Below are positions 18,472-27,181 of a stretch of DNA of 29,130 bases, piece after piece. A model generated the notes under the pieces. The model was not told where the DNA came from. It ran no database searches and saw only the letters and a list, made by a program, of their open reading frames with translations. How positions within the stretch are numbered: position 1 is the first letter of the stretch; every line of letters begins with the position of its first letter. The translations under genes were made by a program, and so were the position numbers. This DNA comes from Bdellovibrionales bacterium (GTDB taxonomy: Bacteria > Bdellovibrionota > Bdellovibrionia > Bdellovibrionales > JAMPXM01), in the NCBI GenBank assembly GCA_043739185.1, contig JAYUEN010000496.1, positions 1 through 29,130 on the forward strand. Reading direction: 5' to 3'.

Positions 18472-19335
18472 AAATGTGAACGAATCTTTCAAACTCAAAC
18501 GCGGTAGTCGAATTCCCTTCACATTATTGCGTCCCAAATTGAAAGCCAGCGAGTAAAGTTTCATTGCTACCCAAATGGCCACTCCTTTTTCGGATTTAAA
18601 CTGCTCGGGGAGCAGGAGTTTGCGCCTCAAGGTATCTAAATCGATAAAAGAATATTTTCGATGGGATCGTCCTTGGCGAAAAGCTTTTTTTACAAAACTA
18701 GCGAAGTTGATATTGTGAGCATGCAAAATGCTCCAGTCGAGTTGCAGGCGGCACTGGAAACCAAGGCCCTGCAGCCGCAATAAAAATTCGGTTTCAGCAC
18801 CACCGAATATAATTTCCTCTTCAAATTGATGTTGGGCGAAAATTTTTCGTTTAAAAGAAATATGTCCGCCGAGCAAATGATAATTACTGCCGTCGAGGGC
18901 TTCGCCTGATATCAGCCAATCGGTTTGAATTTGATGGTAGGCTCGGCTCCAAAGGCCAGTCGGACGGGCGAGTTCGTAGAGGCCACCTAAGCCAATAAGA
19001 TCTGGTTTCGCTAAATGTTTCGCTAAATGCTTTTTAAACAATTGAGGGTCATGAATAACTTCGTCGTCATCTAAGAAAAACAATATTTCGGCTTGTGCTC
19101 TTTGGGCGCCAAGATTTCGGGCCACATTGACGCCTTTGTTTTCAGAATTTAAAATTTCAAGTGGCAGTTTATTGCTGAATTGCGCGCTCAAAAGTTCCTG
19201 AGTTTGTGTGTCCGGAGGGTTTAAGATCAAATAGATTTTTTGAATATCGCCTAAATCAATATGCAATAAAGATTCAAATAATTTTTGAACCCCAGAGGGA
19301 TTTGCATGAGAAGCAATGATCAAATCAATTTTCAT
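18388..19335 (-). CDS. Family 2 glycosyltransferase
   Basis: GVNVARNLGA, FFLDDD, and F.E....GGAETEF..RL motifs. Confidence 0.9.
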   Translation of the reverse strand: MKIDLIIASHANPSGVQKLFESLLHIDLGDIQKIYLILNPPDTQTQELLSAQFSNKLPLEILNSENKGVNVARNLGAQRAQAEILFFLDDDEVIHDPQLFKKHLAKHLAKPDLIGLGGLYELARPTGLWSRAYHQIQTDWLISGEALDGSNYHLLGGHISFKRKIFAQHQFEEEIIFGGAETEFLLRLQGLGFQCRLQLDWSILHAHNINFASFVKKAFRQGRSHRKYSFIDLDTLRRKLLLPEQFKSEKGVAIWVAMKLYSLAFNLGRNNVKGIRLPRLSLKDSFTFLRRQIFWLTLKIDFLAKKIDKSRPPDT

Positions 19336-20233
19336 ATCGCCTTAAGATGCGTTTTTGAAATTCAAATTTTAATATCCAATAAATTTTTCGAAAGGGCCAG
19401 AGGGGATAATGAAGAGCCAAAACAAAGCAGGCATCTAATATTCTTTTTATCTGCCAAAACAAGCGAACCGCAATGCATCTGAGTAAGCCATAACTTTCAA
19501 AGCCTAGCGTCCTTAACTGCCAAAATGACTTAATCAGTAGCGTCTGTAAAAACGGTCGGAATTGTATTCGCCGGATTTGCGCAATACTTATTGTAATAGA
19601 ACTGATGTTTGGGCTCGCATGATCTTCAGTTGTTTGCTCAAATAGCTGCGCAAGAGATTGAATTTGCCAAGTTTCAAAATTCAAGAAGTCTAATTTTTCA
19701 ATACGAAAGCTATATTGGGCTAATTCGTGAATTAAAGAGCTCGAGGCCTCAAGTGTCGAAAGCTTGAGATTTTCATAAAAGTGTTCGCCGTAATATTTGA
19801 GGTCGTCCTTTAGTTCGGGAGACTCCTGTATAAAATATACGAGTTCAATTTGCGGATCAAAGCTAGGAAGTGCGCGGATACGACTTTCTTGCGCCTCATT
19901 GAGTCGTCGCTGACAAAGAATTTGAAGTCCAAAACCCAGATTTAATGCTTCTTTGATGAAATCGAGATTTTCAAGCATTTCGCGTCCTGGCCCGCATTGA
20001 ATTTGTATTTTTGGGGCAAAGTTCTTAAGCCTAAACATTAATTCTGCACAATCAGCCCTTCCCCAAAAGTGACTCGGGATAATAATGTGATGATGAGCCT
20101 CAATTATGCGCAAAATATCTGCAATTTCTAGCTCCGAGCCTGATGAACCTAGCTGGATGCGAGCCATGATATTTTCTGCCGACAGAACGGGAGATATTCC
20201 TAAATAATAAAAGCCTTGTTTTGGTGAAGTCAT
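19325..20233 (-). CDS. Hypothetical protein co-transcribed with the GT2 gene
   Basis: 302-aa ORF overlapping the downstream GT2 start by 11 nt. Basic/aromatic amphipathic C-terminus (YPLWPFRKIYWILKFEFQKRILRR). Confidence 0.7.
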   Translation of the reverse strand: MTSPKQGFYYLGISPVLSAENIMARIQLGSSGSELEIADILRIIEAHHHIIIPSHFWGRADCAELMFRLKNFAPKIQIQCGPGREMLENLDFIKEALNLGFGLQILCQRRLNEAQESRIRALPSFDPQIELVYFIQESPELKDDLKYYGEHFYENLKLSTLEASSSLIHELAQYSFRIEKLDFLNFETWQIQSLAQLFEQTTEDHASPNISSITISIAQIRRIQFRPFLQTLLIKSFWQLRTLGFESYGLLRCIAVRLFWQIKRILDACFVLALHYPLWPFRKIYWILKFEFQKRILRRYEN

Positions 20234-20252
20234 CTGATCTAATATTTGACGG

Positions 20253-20966
20253 ATGATCGCTCAAAAGTCACCAAGCCTATCAATTGTGATTCCCTGCCTC
20301 AATGAGATTGGGGCGGTGCCAAGCGTATTGGCCCGGGTCGAGTCAGCGATTCTAGATAAAAGCTTTAAAAATCAATTTTCAGAAATTGAAGTCCTTGTTG
20401 TTGACGATGGTTCATCCGACGGCACCACTGAGGCCTTAAAGGCTTATCCATTCATTCGAGTGCTTTCACATCGTTCAACAAGTGGCTACGGTGCCGCATT
20501 AAAGACCGGCTTTCAAAACTCTAAAGGTGATTTACTGGCATTTTTAGATATGGATGCGTCCTATGATCCGTTTTCTATATTAGATTTATATGAAAAACTT
20601 AAAAATCACTCCCTCGATATGGTCTATGGCAGTCGCAAGAATAAGCTCAGTCGAATGCCGTTTATGAGAAAAGTCGGCAATGATTTTTTTGCTCGCTTAG
20701 TAAAGACCATATACAATACTCCGATCCGAGACGTATGCACGGGGCTTCGATTGTTTCGCAAAGCACGTTTAGTTGAGATTTTAGCTCTTCCTCATGACGA
20801 CCTAAATTTTTCAATTTCGCTTTCGATGTTGTCCTTATCTCGTAAATGGAAGGTCGATGAAGTTCATATTTCTTATGATGAGCGCGCTGGTGATTCAAAG
20901 TTGCGGATTATCAAAGATGGCTTTTCGTTTTTAAATGTTATTTTGAATCATCGTAATTCTTTATGA
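20253..20966 (+). CDS. Family 2 glycosyltransferase, polyprenyl-phosphate sugar synthase (DPM1/GtrB-like)
   Basis: SIVIPCLNE, VVDDGSSDGT, GYGAALKTG, FLDMDASY, YGSR, D..TG.RLF and R.GDSKL form the DPM/DPG-synthase-like motif set. Confidence 0.9.
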   Translation: MIAQKSPSLSIVIPCLNEIGAVPSVLARVESAILDKSFKNQFSEIEVLVVDDGSSDGTTEALKAYPFIRVLSHRSTSGYGAALKTGFQNSKGDLLAFLDMDASYDPFSILDLYEKLKNHSLDMVYGSRKNKLSRMPFMRKVGNDFFARLVKTIYNTPIRDVCTGLRLFRKARLVEILALPHDDLNFSISLSMLSLSRKWKVDEVHISYDERAGDSKLRIIKDGFSFLNVILNHRNSL

Positions 20967-21697
20967 AGCTTTCGGTCGTCATTTCAGTTGGGCGCGATCA
21001 AAGTCATCTCGCAAAACTGCTCGACTCAATTAAAACTCAAACGCTAGATGCAAGTGTTCATTTAGAGCATAATAATCTTTATCCTAATCGCGCATCCGGC
21101 TATCGCCGTGCTGAGGGCGACCTCGTGCTGTTCTTAGATGCAGATTGTGAATTGCCAAATGCCGACTACTTTTCTCAACTACATGCTCTTTTTGAGAGAA
21201 ATCCTTTGCTCGACGTGGTGGGCGGAAATTATCTGAATCCAAAAAATGCCAATTCGATTGCCCGTAGCTACAATCAATTGTGTAATTTTTGGACCCATAT
21301 TGGCGAGGGCCAAAATCTTTTGGGGGGAGTTTTTTGCATTCGTAAAGCATCCTTGAAGACTTGGCCGGTACAAGCTAACTTTTGGGGTGGCGAGGACACA
21401 CTTTTGTTTCGCGAGCTTAAGACTCAGGGCGTGAAACTCGAAGCCAATACTTCAATTTCGGTTATTCACCATGATCACGGCAGTTTTTTGAAACTTATTC
21501 GTAGGGCCTGGATTCATGGTCGGGCACGAAGTGAGCGCAATTTATTTACACCACTAAGGCACCAGAAAATTTGGCAACTTCGGCGAAAGCTTTTTCGAGA
21601 AATGAATTTGACTGAAATGTGCATCGCCTTTGGACACTATTTATTAGTTTGTGTCTCTGGACTTCTGAGTAGACCAAAAACTTCGCCACATAAATAA
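20963..21697 (+). CDS. Family 2 glycosyltransferase with a shortened N-terminus
   Basis: LSVVI, AEGDLVLFLDADC (DxD), VGGNY and WGGEDT motifs. ATGA overlap with the upstream GT2. Confidence 0.85.
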   Translation: MKLSVVISVGRDQSHLAKLLDSIKTQTLDASVHLEHNNLYPNRASGYRRAEGDLVLFLDADCELPNADYFSQLHALFERNPLLDVVGGNYLNPKNANSIARSYNQLCNFWTHIGEGQNLLGGVFCIRKASLKTWPVQANFWGGEDTLLFRELKTQGVKLEANTSISVIHHDHGSFLKLIRRAWIHGRARSERNLFTPLRHQKIWQLRRKLFREMNLTEMCIAFGHYLLVCVSGLLSRPKTSPHK

Positions 21698-22617
21698 GAT
21701 ATATGCGTGCCCACAAAAAGGGATAGCAGTCTCATCGAGTCTTTCTTTGATAATTTGAGGCTAACAATAAGGACCGTTGCCAGATAAGCCACGAGCATCA
21801 AACAAAAATAAATAGGAAAGCCAATTAGACAAATGAGCGCAATTGCGAGTAACCAGATCGGCAAACACCTGCGGGTCAAGAAAAAGCGCGGGTGAATTCT
21901 GGCAATCAAGGTTTGAGCCATGCCGTATTTGAAGCTTTTTTGAAGCCATAAAACCAAGTGACCTGCAATATTATGCTCTGCCACTGCAGATTGGACCCAG
22001 AGAATTTTTTTATTTCTTTGGGACAAGCGCCAATGTATCTCAAGGTCTTCGCCGGTGCGATCAAGGGAGGAGTTAAAACCACCGATCTTTAGATACTCAA
22101 GCTTTTTAACTAAGAGATGAGCAGTTGGAGCATGTTCAATCTCAGACTCATTGAATGATTTTTTCAATTGCGCTGATCCAAAATTTCCGAACCAGGTATA
22201 TTGCAAAAAACTCAGTCGCCTTTGAAAAGCATTGCCAATCGATATTTGAAGGGGGCCGGCAGCAGCACACATCTCGGAGTTTGAGCTCTGTAGGGCCTCA
22301 AGTAAATGTGATAGAGAATCGGGGGCCGGTTTGACGTCGACATCTAGAAAGTAAATCAAAGGAGCTGCAGAATGAGCCAGTATCCAACTTCTTGCTACTC
22401 CCATATTGTTCCTTTGAGAGTGACAAGTTTTAAATCGCCAATCACGTTTGAGACATTCCTTTTCAAAGAGCAAAAGACTTTCATCTGAGGAATCATTATC
22501 AAAGCCCAGGATTTCAAAATCTAATTTTTTTGAAATGGCGCTCTCAAGGCCTGCAAAAAAGCTTGGCAATGCCAATTCTTCGTTTCTAAACACGATTCCT
22601 ATACTGATTTGAAACAA
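21637..22617 (-). CDS. Family 2 glycosyltransferase with C-terminal membrane helices
   Basis: RNEE, DNDSSD, NMGVAR, YFLDVD, IGGFN....TGEDLE..RL motifs; hydrophobic C-terminal segments. Confidence 0.9.
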   Translation of the reverse strand: MFQISIGIVFRNEELALPSFFAGLESAISKKLDFEILGFDNDSSDESLLLFEKECLKRDWRFKTCHSQRNNMGVARSWILAHSAAPLIYFLDVDVKPAPDSLSHLLEALQSSNSEMCAAAGPLQISIGNAFQRRLSFLQYTWFGNFGSAQLKKSFNESEIEHAPTAHLLVKKLEYLKIGGFNSSLDRTGEDLEIHWRLSQRNKKILWVQSAVAEHNIAGHLVLWLQKSFKYGMAQTLIARIHPRFFLTRRCLPIWLLAIALICLIGFPIYFCLMLVAYLATVLIVSLKLSKKDSMRLLSLFVGTHISYLCGEVFGLLRSPETQTNK

Positions 22618-22884
22618 TTATTCCCCTCGCGCCTATTTCAAACAGCAATATAACGCTGTTTTAATTTGATTTCAAAAGCATTGATCTCGTCTTCTCAGTT
22701 AATCGATGCTTGGCGTTCCAGCTTATGCAAGAGGTCTATTCTGACCAAGCAAATCAAAGCCCTGAGCCGAACTTAGCCGTAGAGCTCCTAAAACCGCTTT
22801 CGCACCCAACAGGGATGATCGGGCTAAGTTTGACCTGATTAGTTTTGTGTTCTCAGTTCTATTGTGGCAAGCTGACGAGAATTT

Positions 22885-24336
22885 TTGACAGGGAGTCGTG
22901 TGCGGAAATTTGCTGATGAGCCCATGCTAATTCAAGCAGGAATGGGTATCGCTATATCGGATTGGCGTCTTGCCCGTACCGTCTCTCAATTGGGTCATTT
23001 GGGCATCGTATCCGGCACTGCAATTGACAATGTTTTTGTAAGACGTCTGCAAATCGGCGATCCTGGCGGCCATATTCGTCGTGCCGTTGCGCATTTTCCT
23101 ATAAAAGAAATCGGCGATCGAGTTTTTCAGAAATATTTTTTGACTGATAAGGCAGAGCATTCAGCTTTTGCGCGCATTCCTCTTATTCGAGCTCAGCAAA
23201 GTCGAGACTATCAAGAGCTCTTAATAGTTTCTAATTTTACAGAAGTCTTTCTTGCTAAAGAAAACCACAACGGCTTGGTCGGAATAAATTTTCTAGAGAA
23301 AATTCAAATGCCGCATCTCCCAAGTTTTTATGGCGCCATCTTAGCCGGCGCAGATTATATTGTAATGGGTGCAGGAATTCCAAAAGAAGTGCCGGTGGCA
23401 CTTGATCGTTTAAGTAAACATGAAGATGCAACATACAAATTGCAGGTCATTGGTGCCAAGCCTGAAGATGATTTTCGCTTGAATTTCTCTCCAAAATTTA
23501 TAATGGGCGACTATTTACCAGAGGTGAAGAGGCCAAAATTTCTTGCGATTGTGGCATCTACAGCTTTGGCTACGATGATGGTAAAGAAAATCCCGGTGCC
23601 AGTCGATGGCCTAATTGTTGAGGCGCCAAGTGCTGGCGGCCACAATGCGCCGCCAAGAGTAAAGGCGCAGTTTAATGAGCGTGGTGAACCATTGTATGGC
23701 CCAAGAGATGAAGTTGATTTCGCAGCGGTTTCTCAATTGGGTGTACCATTTTGGATGGCAGGAACGCGCGCGAGTGTATCCGATGTGCGTGACGCTTTTG
23801 AAAAAGGCGCAACCGGAGTTCAAATTGGAACAGCATTTGCTTTATGCGAAGAATCCGGATTGAGCCCAAAATACCGAAAGATTTTATTAGATAAAATTTT
23901 ACATAATGATCTTGATATTTATACGGATCCGCGGGGGTCACCAACCGGCTTTCCTTTCAAGGTTGCCCTTTTAGAGGATAGCAATTCAGAAGCTGAGATG
24001 TACGCTAAGCGCACCCGAGTTTGTGATTTAGGTTATTTGCGTGATCCTTATCGCAAAGAAAATGGCGAGCTTGGATATCGTTGCGCAAGCGAACCAATTG
24101 AGAGTTTTTTACGTAGTGGTGGCGAGCTGGCAGATACCGTAGGGCGCAAATGTTTATGCAATGGATTGATGGCAAATATTGATTTGGCCCAATGGCAGAA
24201 AACCAATGAATTGGAGCGGCCAATAGTGACTCTAGGCGATGATGTGAAGTCGGTTCGGCAGTTTATTAGTTCGACAAAAACCAATTACAGCGCAAAAGAA
24301 GTCATTGATTTATTAACACCAGCGATGCCAAATTAA
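22885..24336 (+). CDS. Nitronate monooxygenase / FabK-like FMN oxidoreductase (long form)
   Basis: IQAGMG, MGAGIP, VEAPSAGGH and GATGVQIGTAF..CEES motifs; C-terminal Cys motif RVCDLGYLR..YRC..KCLCN. Confidence 0.92.
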   Translation: MTGSRVRKFADEPMLIQAGMGIAISDWRLARTVSQLGHLGIVSGTAIDNVFVRRLQIGDPGGHIRRAVAHFPIKEIGDRVFQKYFLTDKAEHSAFARIPLIRAQQSRDYQELLIVSNFTEVFLAKENHNGLVGINFLEKIQMPHLPSFYGAILAGADYIVMGAGIPKEVPVALDRLSKHEDATYKLQVIGAKPEDDFRLNFSPKFIMGDYLPEVKRPKFLAIVASTALATMMVKKIPVPVDGLIVEAPSAGGHNAPPRVKAQFNERGEPLYGPRDEVDFAAVSQLGVPFWMAGTRASVSDVRDAFEKGATGVQIGTAFALCEESGLSPKYRKILLDKILHNDLDIYTDPRGSPTGFPFKVALLEDSNSEAEMYAKRTRVCDLGYLRDPYRKENGELGYRCASEPIESFLRSGGELADTVGRKCLCNGLMANIDLAQWQKTNELERPIVTLGDDVKSVRQFISSTKTNYSAKEVIDLLTPAMPN

Positions 24337-24351
24337 TTTTTTAAATAAGTA

Positions 24352-24382
24352 CGATTGATCATGGGATGATTTTGATCAATCG
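24352..24382. other. Perfect 9-bp inverted repeat after the oxidoreductase gene (terminator-like hairpin or operator)
   Basis: CGATTGATC-N13-GATCAATCG begins 15 nt after the stop codon. No clean U-tract follows immediately. Confidence 0.4.
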
Positions 24383-24501
24383 GTCCCTAATCATTTTTTG
24401 GTTGATCGACAATGACACTCATTTGCGCTGAAATGAGAAGGATGAAGCATTGCGACGAATTAGAGCATGACCAAAATACATTCTCGTGAGAAATTAAAGA
24501 A

Positions 24502-25947
24502 ATGCTAAGGGCCAAGGTTTTTTTGCAAAAACTGAATCTCATTAAAATTGTTTCTCAGCCAGTCTTTCAAAAATTAATTTTGGCGGCTAGCTGTGGGCTA
24601 TTTTTATTTTTAGGCATTTTTCAGCATATTTCAGACTCTGAATTTTGGCCGATTTCGCTGGCAAAAAAATTCGGCCAAATCGATTCGCAAAATACCAGTT
24701 TGTACTACAAATTCTTTTTTCACGCCCTTTTAAAAGTCCCGTATTTCTTTGAATTGAACAGTGTCGAACATTTAATTGCAGTGCGTGTCCTATTTTCTCT
24801 CATTGGCCTTTTGACTTTGATTCTATTTTTTAAAATTTCACTGAAATTTTATCAGAGTAAATCGGTTGCCTTTGTAATGTCGGTGATGCTTCTCACTTGC
24901 GTTTCATACTTTTCTCAGTGGAGTCGAATTCGATCTGATGAATTGGTTTTGTTTTTGGCCCTATTGGGTATTTTTCTGAACGAGTATTTTTTAAGAAAAT
25001 CATCAAAGTTAATTAGCTTGGCTTTGATTTCGAATATTATGATTTTAACTTCTCCGAAAGCCATTTACTGGGTCCTTATATTAACAATTTATGCATGGCC
25101 AGGATGGCTATATCTTGGAGCTCCACTAGTGGGAATTTGTCTGATTTTTATGGCTTCGGTTTTTGTTTTCAATTCGCAGCTATTATTGGGTTCATACTCA
25201 GAGGCGGCGCACTATTTTTTGAGTTCTTGGTCATGGGATTTGCAAAATCCAGCGGTGGGCTTTTATGAGGTGAGGTCTTTTTTTGAAAGCCAAATATTTC
25301 AACTGGCAATTGCCGCTGGTGGGATTTGTATTTTCTTTTCAAAGTACAGAAATCTAAAACATAGGCTTATCTTTGGTTTTTTTGCGGCACTTTCATGTTT
25401 GATTTTACATCCGCAGAGATACGATTTTTTTATTGGTGCACTGATGCCCTTTTTAATTTTGCCGGCGGGCTTTTTGATTTTAAGAATTCAGGATTTGAAG
25501 AATTTAAAGCTTTGGATTTTGCTTGGCGGGCTTTGTTGCGTGCAAATAATCTGGGCGAGCTCAAATTCGAAGTGGTGGCGCTTCAATGGCAAAGAGCTTG
25601 AAAAAATTTCTCAACTTGAAGAGCTTATGAATCAGGTGCCGGCGGCCAATTACTTCGACGGTATTGGGGTTTTGCCACGACAGAATGTTATTTATGCTTA
25701 TCTCGGGCCAAATGATGGCGTGGCCGTTAGTGGCGCTATTGAAATTTTGAAATCCAATGACATCAATTTTATTTTTCGAAATTCGAGAAGTTATATGATG
25801 GAGCCCAATCTCTCAATGCGGCTTGAAAAAAACTATATTGAAATTCGCCGCGGTGTTTTTGTAGAAGAAAAATTTAAGAATAAATTTACGATTGATCTCA
25901 AGGGAAGGCCACTCGAATATTATTTTTCATTTTCGCCGGCTTACTAA
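24502..25947 (+). CDS. Polytopic membrane protein, GT-C-superfamily (ArnT/PMT-like) glycosyltransferase candidate
   Basis: Roughly 10-11 hydrophobic segments. Acidic DSE motif in the loop after TM1, an R-x-D motif (RIRSD) before a TM helix, and a soluble C-terminal domain. Confidence 0.6.
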   Translation: MLRAKVFLQKLNLIKIVSQPVFQKLILAASCGLFLFLGIFQHISDSEFWPISLAKKFGQIDSQNTSLYYKFFFHALLKVPYFFELNSVEHLIAVRVLFSLIGLLTLILFFKISLKFYQSKSVAFVMSVMLLTCVSYFSQWSRIRSDELVLFLALLGIFLNEYFLRKSSKLISLALISNIMILTSPKAIYWVLILTIYAWPGWLYLGAPLVGICLIFMASVFVFNSQLLLGSYSEAAHYFLSSWSWDLQNPAVGFYEVRSFFESQIFQLAIAAGGICIFFSKYRNLKHRLIFGFFAALSCLILHPQRYDFFIGALMPFLILPAGFLILRIQDLKNLKLWILLGGLCCVQIIWASSNSKWWRFNGKELEKISQLEELMNQVPAANYFDGIGVLPRQNVIYAYLGPNDGVAVSGAIEILKSNDINFIFRNSRSYMMEPNLSMRLEKNYIEIRRGVFVEEKFKNKFTIDLKGRPLEYYFSFSPAY

Positions 25948-25953
25948 GAGTTT

Positions 25954-27072
25954 TTAATAAACGCGCGTACAATAAATGCCAGCGTAGACGTTATTGGTGC
26001 CTGCAAAATTTAATGGAGAACCGAATGATTGCGCTCCTGGGCCGGCCGCCTGGCATTGTTGTTGAATTTGAATGGTAAAATTCGCAGTCTGATTGATTGA
26101 AAAATCAGTTATCCTAGCTTGGTTAATGCCGCCAGTGGCATTGCTTGCGTAAGCCATTGGGCTGGTCGCAACCGCAGCTCCGGCGATATAGAGAGTGATG
26201 CTAAAGCCATCAACCCCTTTACCTGTGGCCATGGCATTGCAAATATATCCACCGGCTTTTAGAGTTGCCACGCCAGCGGCCACGCTTACAACATTGCTAG
26301 CAGAGTCTGTAGAAATAACATTGATTTGCCGAACGGCTTTGGTGGCCGTTGGGCACGGGCCTACGGTCAGCGGATTTGTATTTCCGGCCGTCAAATCTTC
26401 GAGGCGAATCGAATCATTGCGATTATATGCACCAGATACTCTGGTCACAGAAACACTGTATTTAGCTACATTGATCGGATAGCCGGCGCCAGTCATGCCG
26501 GGTTTATAATCTAAAATTGCATAGACAATTACACTAGGATTTACACAAGGGGATGCAAATCCAGAGCAAAATACGGCCATTCTTAAGCGATATGAAATCG
26601 GACAATCATCACTGCCGGCGGCTGAAAAAGTTGTGCAAGTCTGACCAGCATAGGTAAAGCCGTTGGTGCCATTGTCTTGGTAAAATATGCCAGCCACAGC
26701 ATTTCCGTCGTCAATTACTGCGAAGGCAGGATAAGTTGATTCACTTCCCACAGCTACCGGATAACTCGGAGTTTGGGTACAAGGAGTATTCGCATTAATA
26801 CATGTAAAGGGGTTTCCAAGTGCCGTGTTTAAGGGGTCGGCAACGGTATTTCTCCACGCATTTGCATCTAAAATTGTCTTTTGAAAATTTGAGCTAATTG
26901 AGTTCAAAGTTGCATGAAAATTTGCCTGCGCTTGAATTTTTGTCATATTGGCAGCGACTGTGCCCATGCCCAGAGAAATAATTCCGATAATTGCGGCCGC
27001 CACCATCACTTCGATAAGGCCCAAACCAGATTGATTTCGAATCGTATTTTTGTGTATTTTTTTTGTTTGCAT
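25954..27072 (-). CDS. Type IV prepilin-like protein (N-terminal cleavage/methylation motif) with a Cys-rich C-terminal domain
   Basis: Basic leader, then NQSG|LGLIEVMVAAAIIGIISLG (G-1, E+5, hydrophobic helix). Ten Cys; Ser/Thr/Gly/Ala-rich. Confidence 0.9.
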   Translation of the reverse strand: MQTKKIHKNTIRNQSGLGLIEVMVAAAIIGIISLGMGTVAANMTKIQAQANFHATLNSISSNFQKTILDANAWRNTVADPLNTALGNPFTCINANTPCTQTPSYPVAVGSESTYPAFAVIDDGNAVAGIFYQDNGTNGFTYAGQTCTTFSAAGSDDCPISYRLRMAVFCSGFASPCVNPSVIVYAILDYKPGMTGAGYPINVAKYSVSVTRVSGAYNRNDSIRLEDLTAGNTNPLTVGPCPTATKAVRQINVISTDSASNVVSVAAGVATLKAGGYICNAMATGKGVDGFSITLYIAGAAVATSPMAYASNATGGINQARITDFSINQTANFTIQIQQQCQAAGPGAQSFGSPLNFAGTNNVYAGIYCTRVY

Positions 27073-27181
27073 CTCACTAATATTCTACAGTTTTCTTTGA
27101 AATCTTGCAAAGGCTTAGAGGAATTCAGTTTTTAAGCGCCTCAGACTGAGGCAGGATGAGGAGTGTCGATCCCAAAACAAC

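Noticed and set aside
12021..24336. Mycofactocin-like pathway (rSAM + GT2 + FMN enzyme)
   Set aside because: No MftA-like peptide, MftB or creatininase-like MftE is present, and the auxiliary cluster is an N-terminal twitch rather than a C-terminal SPASM. The resemblance is superficial.
24366..24379. FNR-like box ATGAT-N4-ATCAA
   Set aside because: It has one mismatch, is nested in a larger inverted repeat right after a stop codon, and is easily matched by chance in AT-rich DNA.
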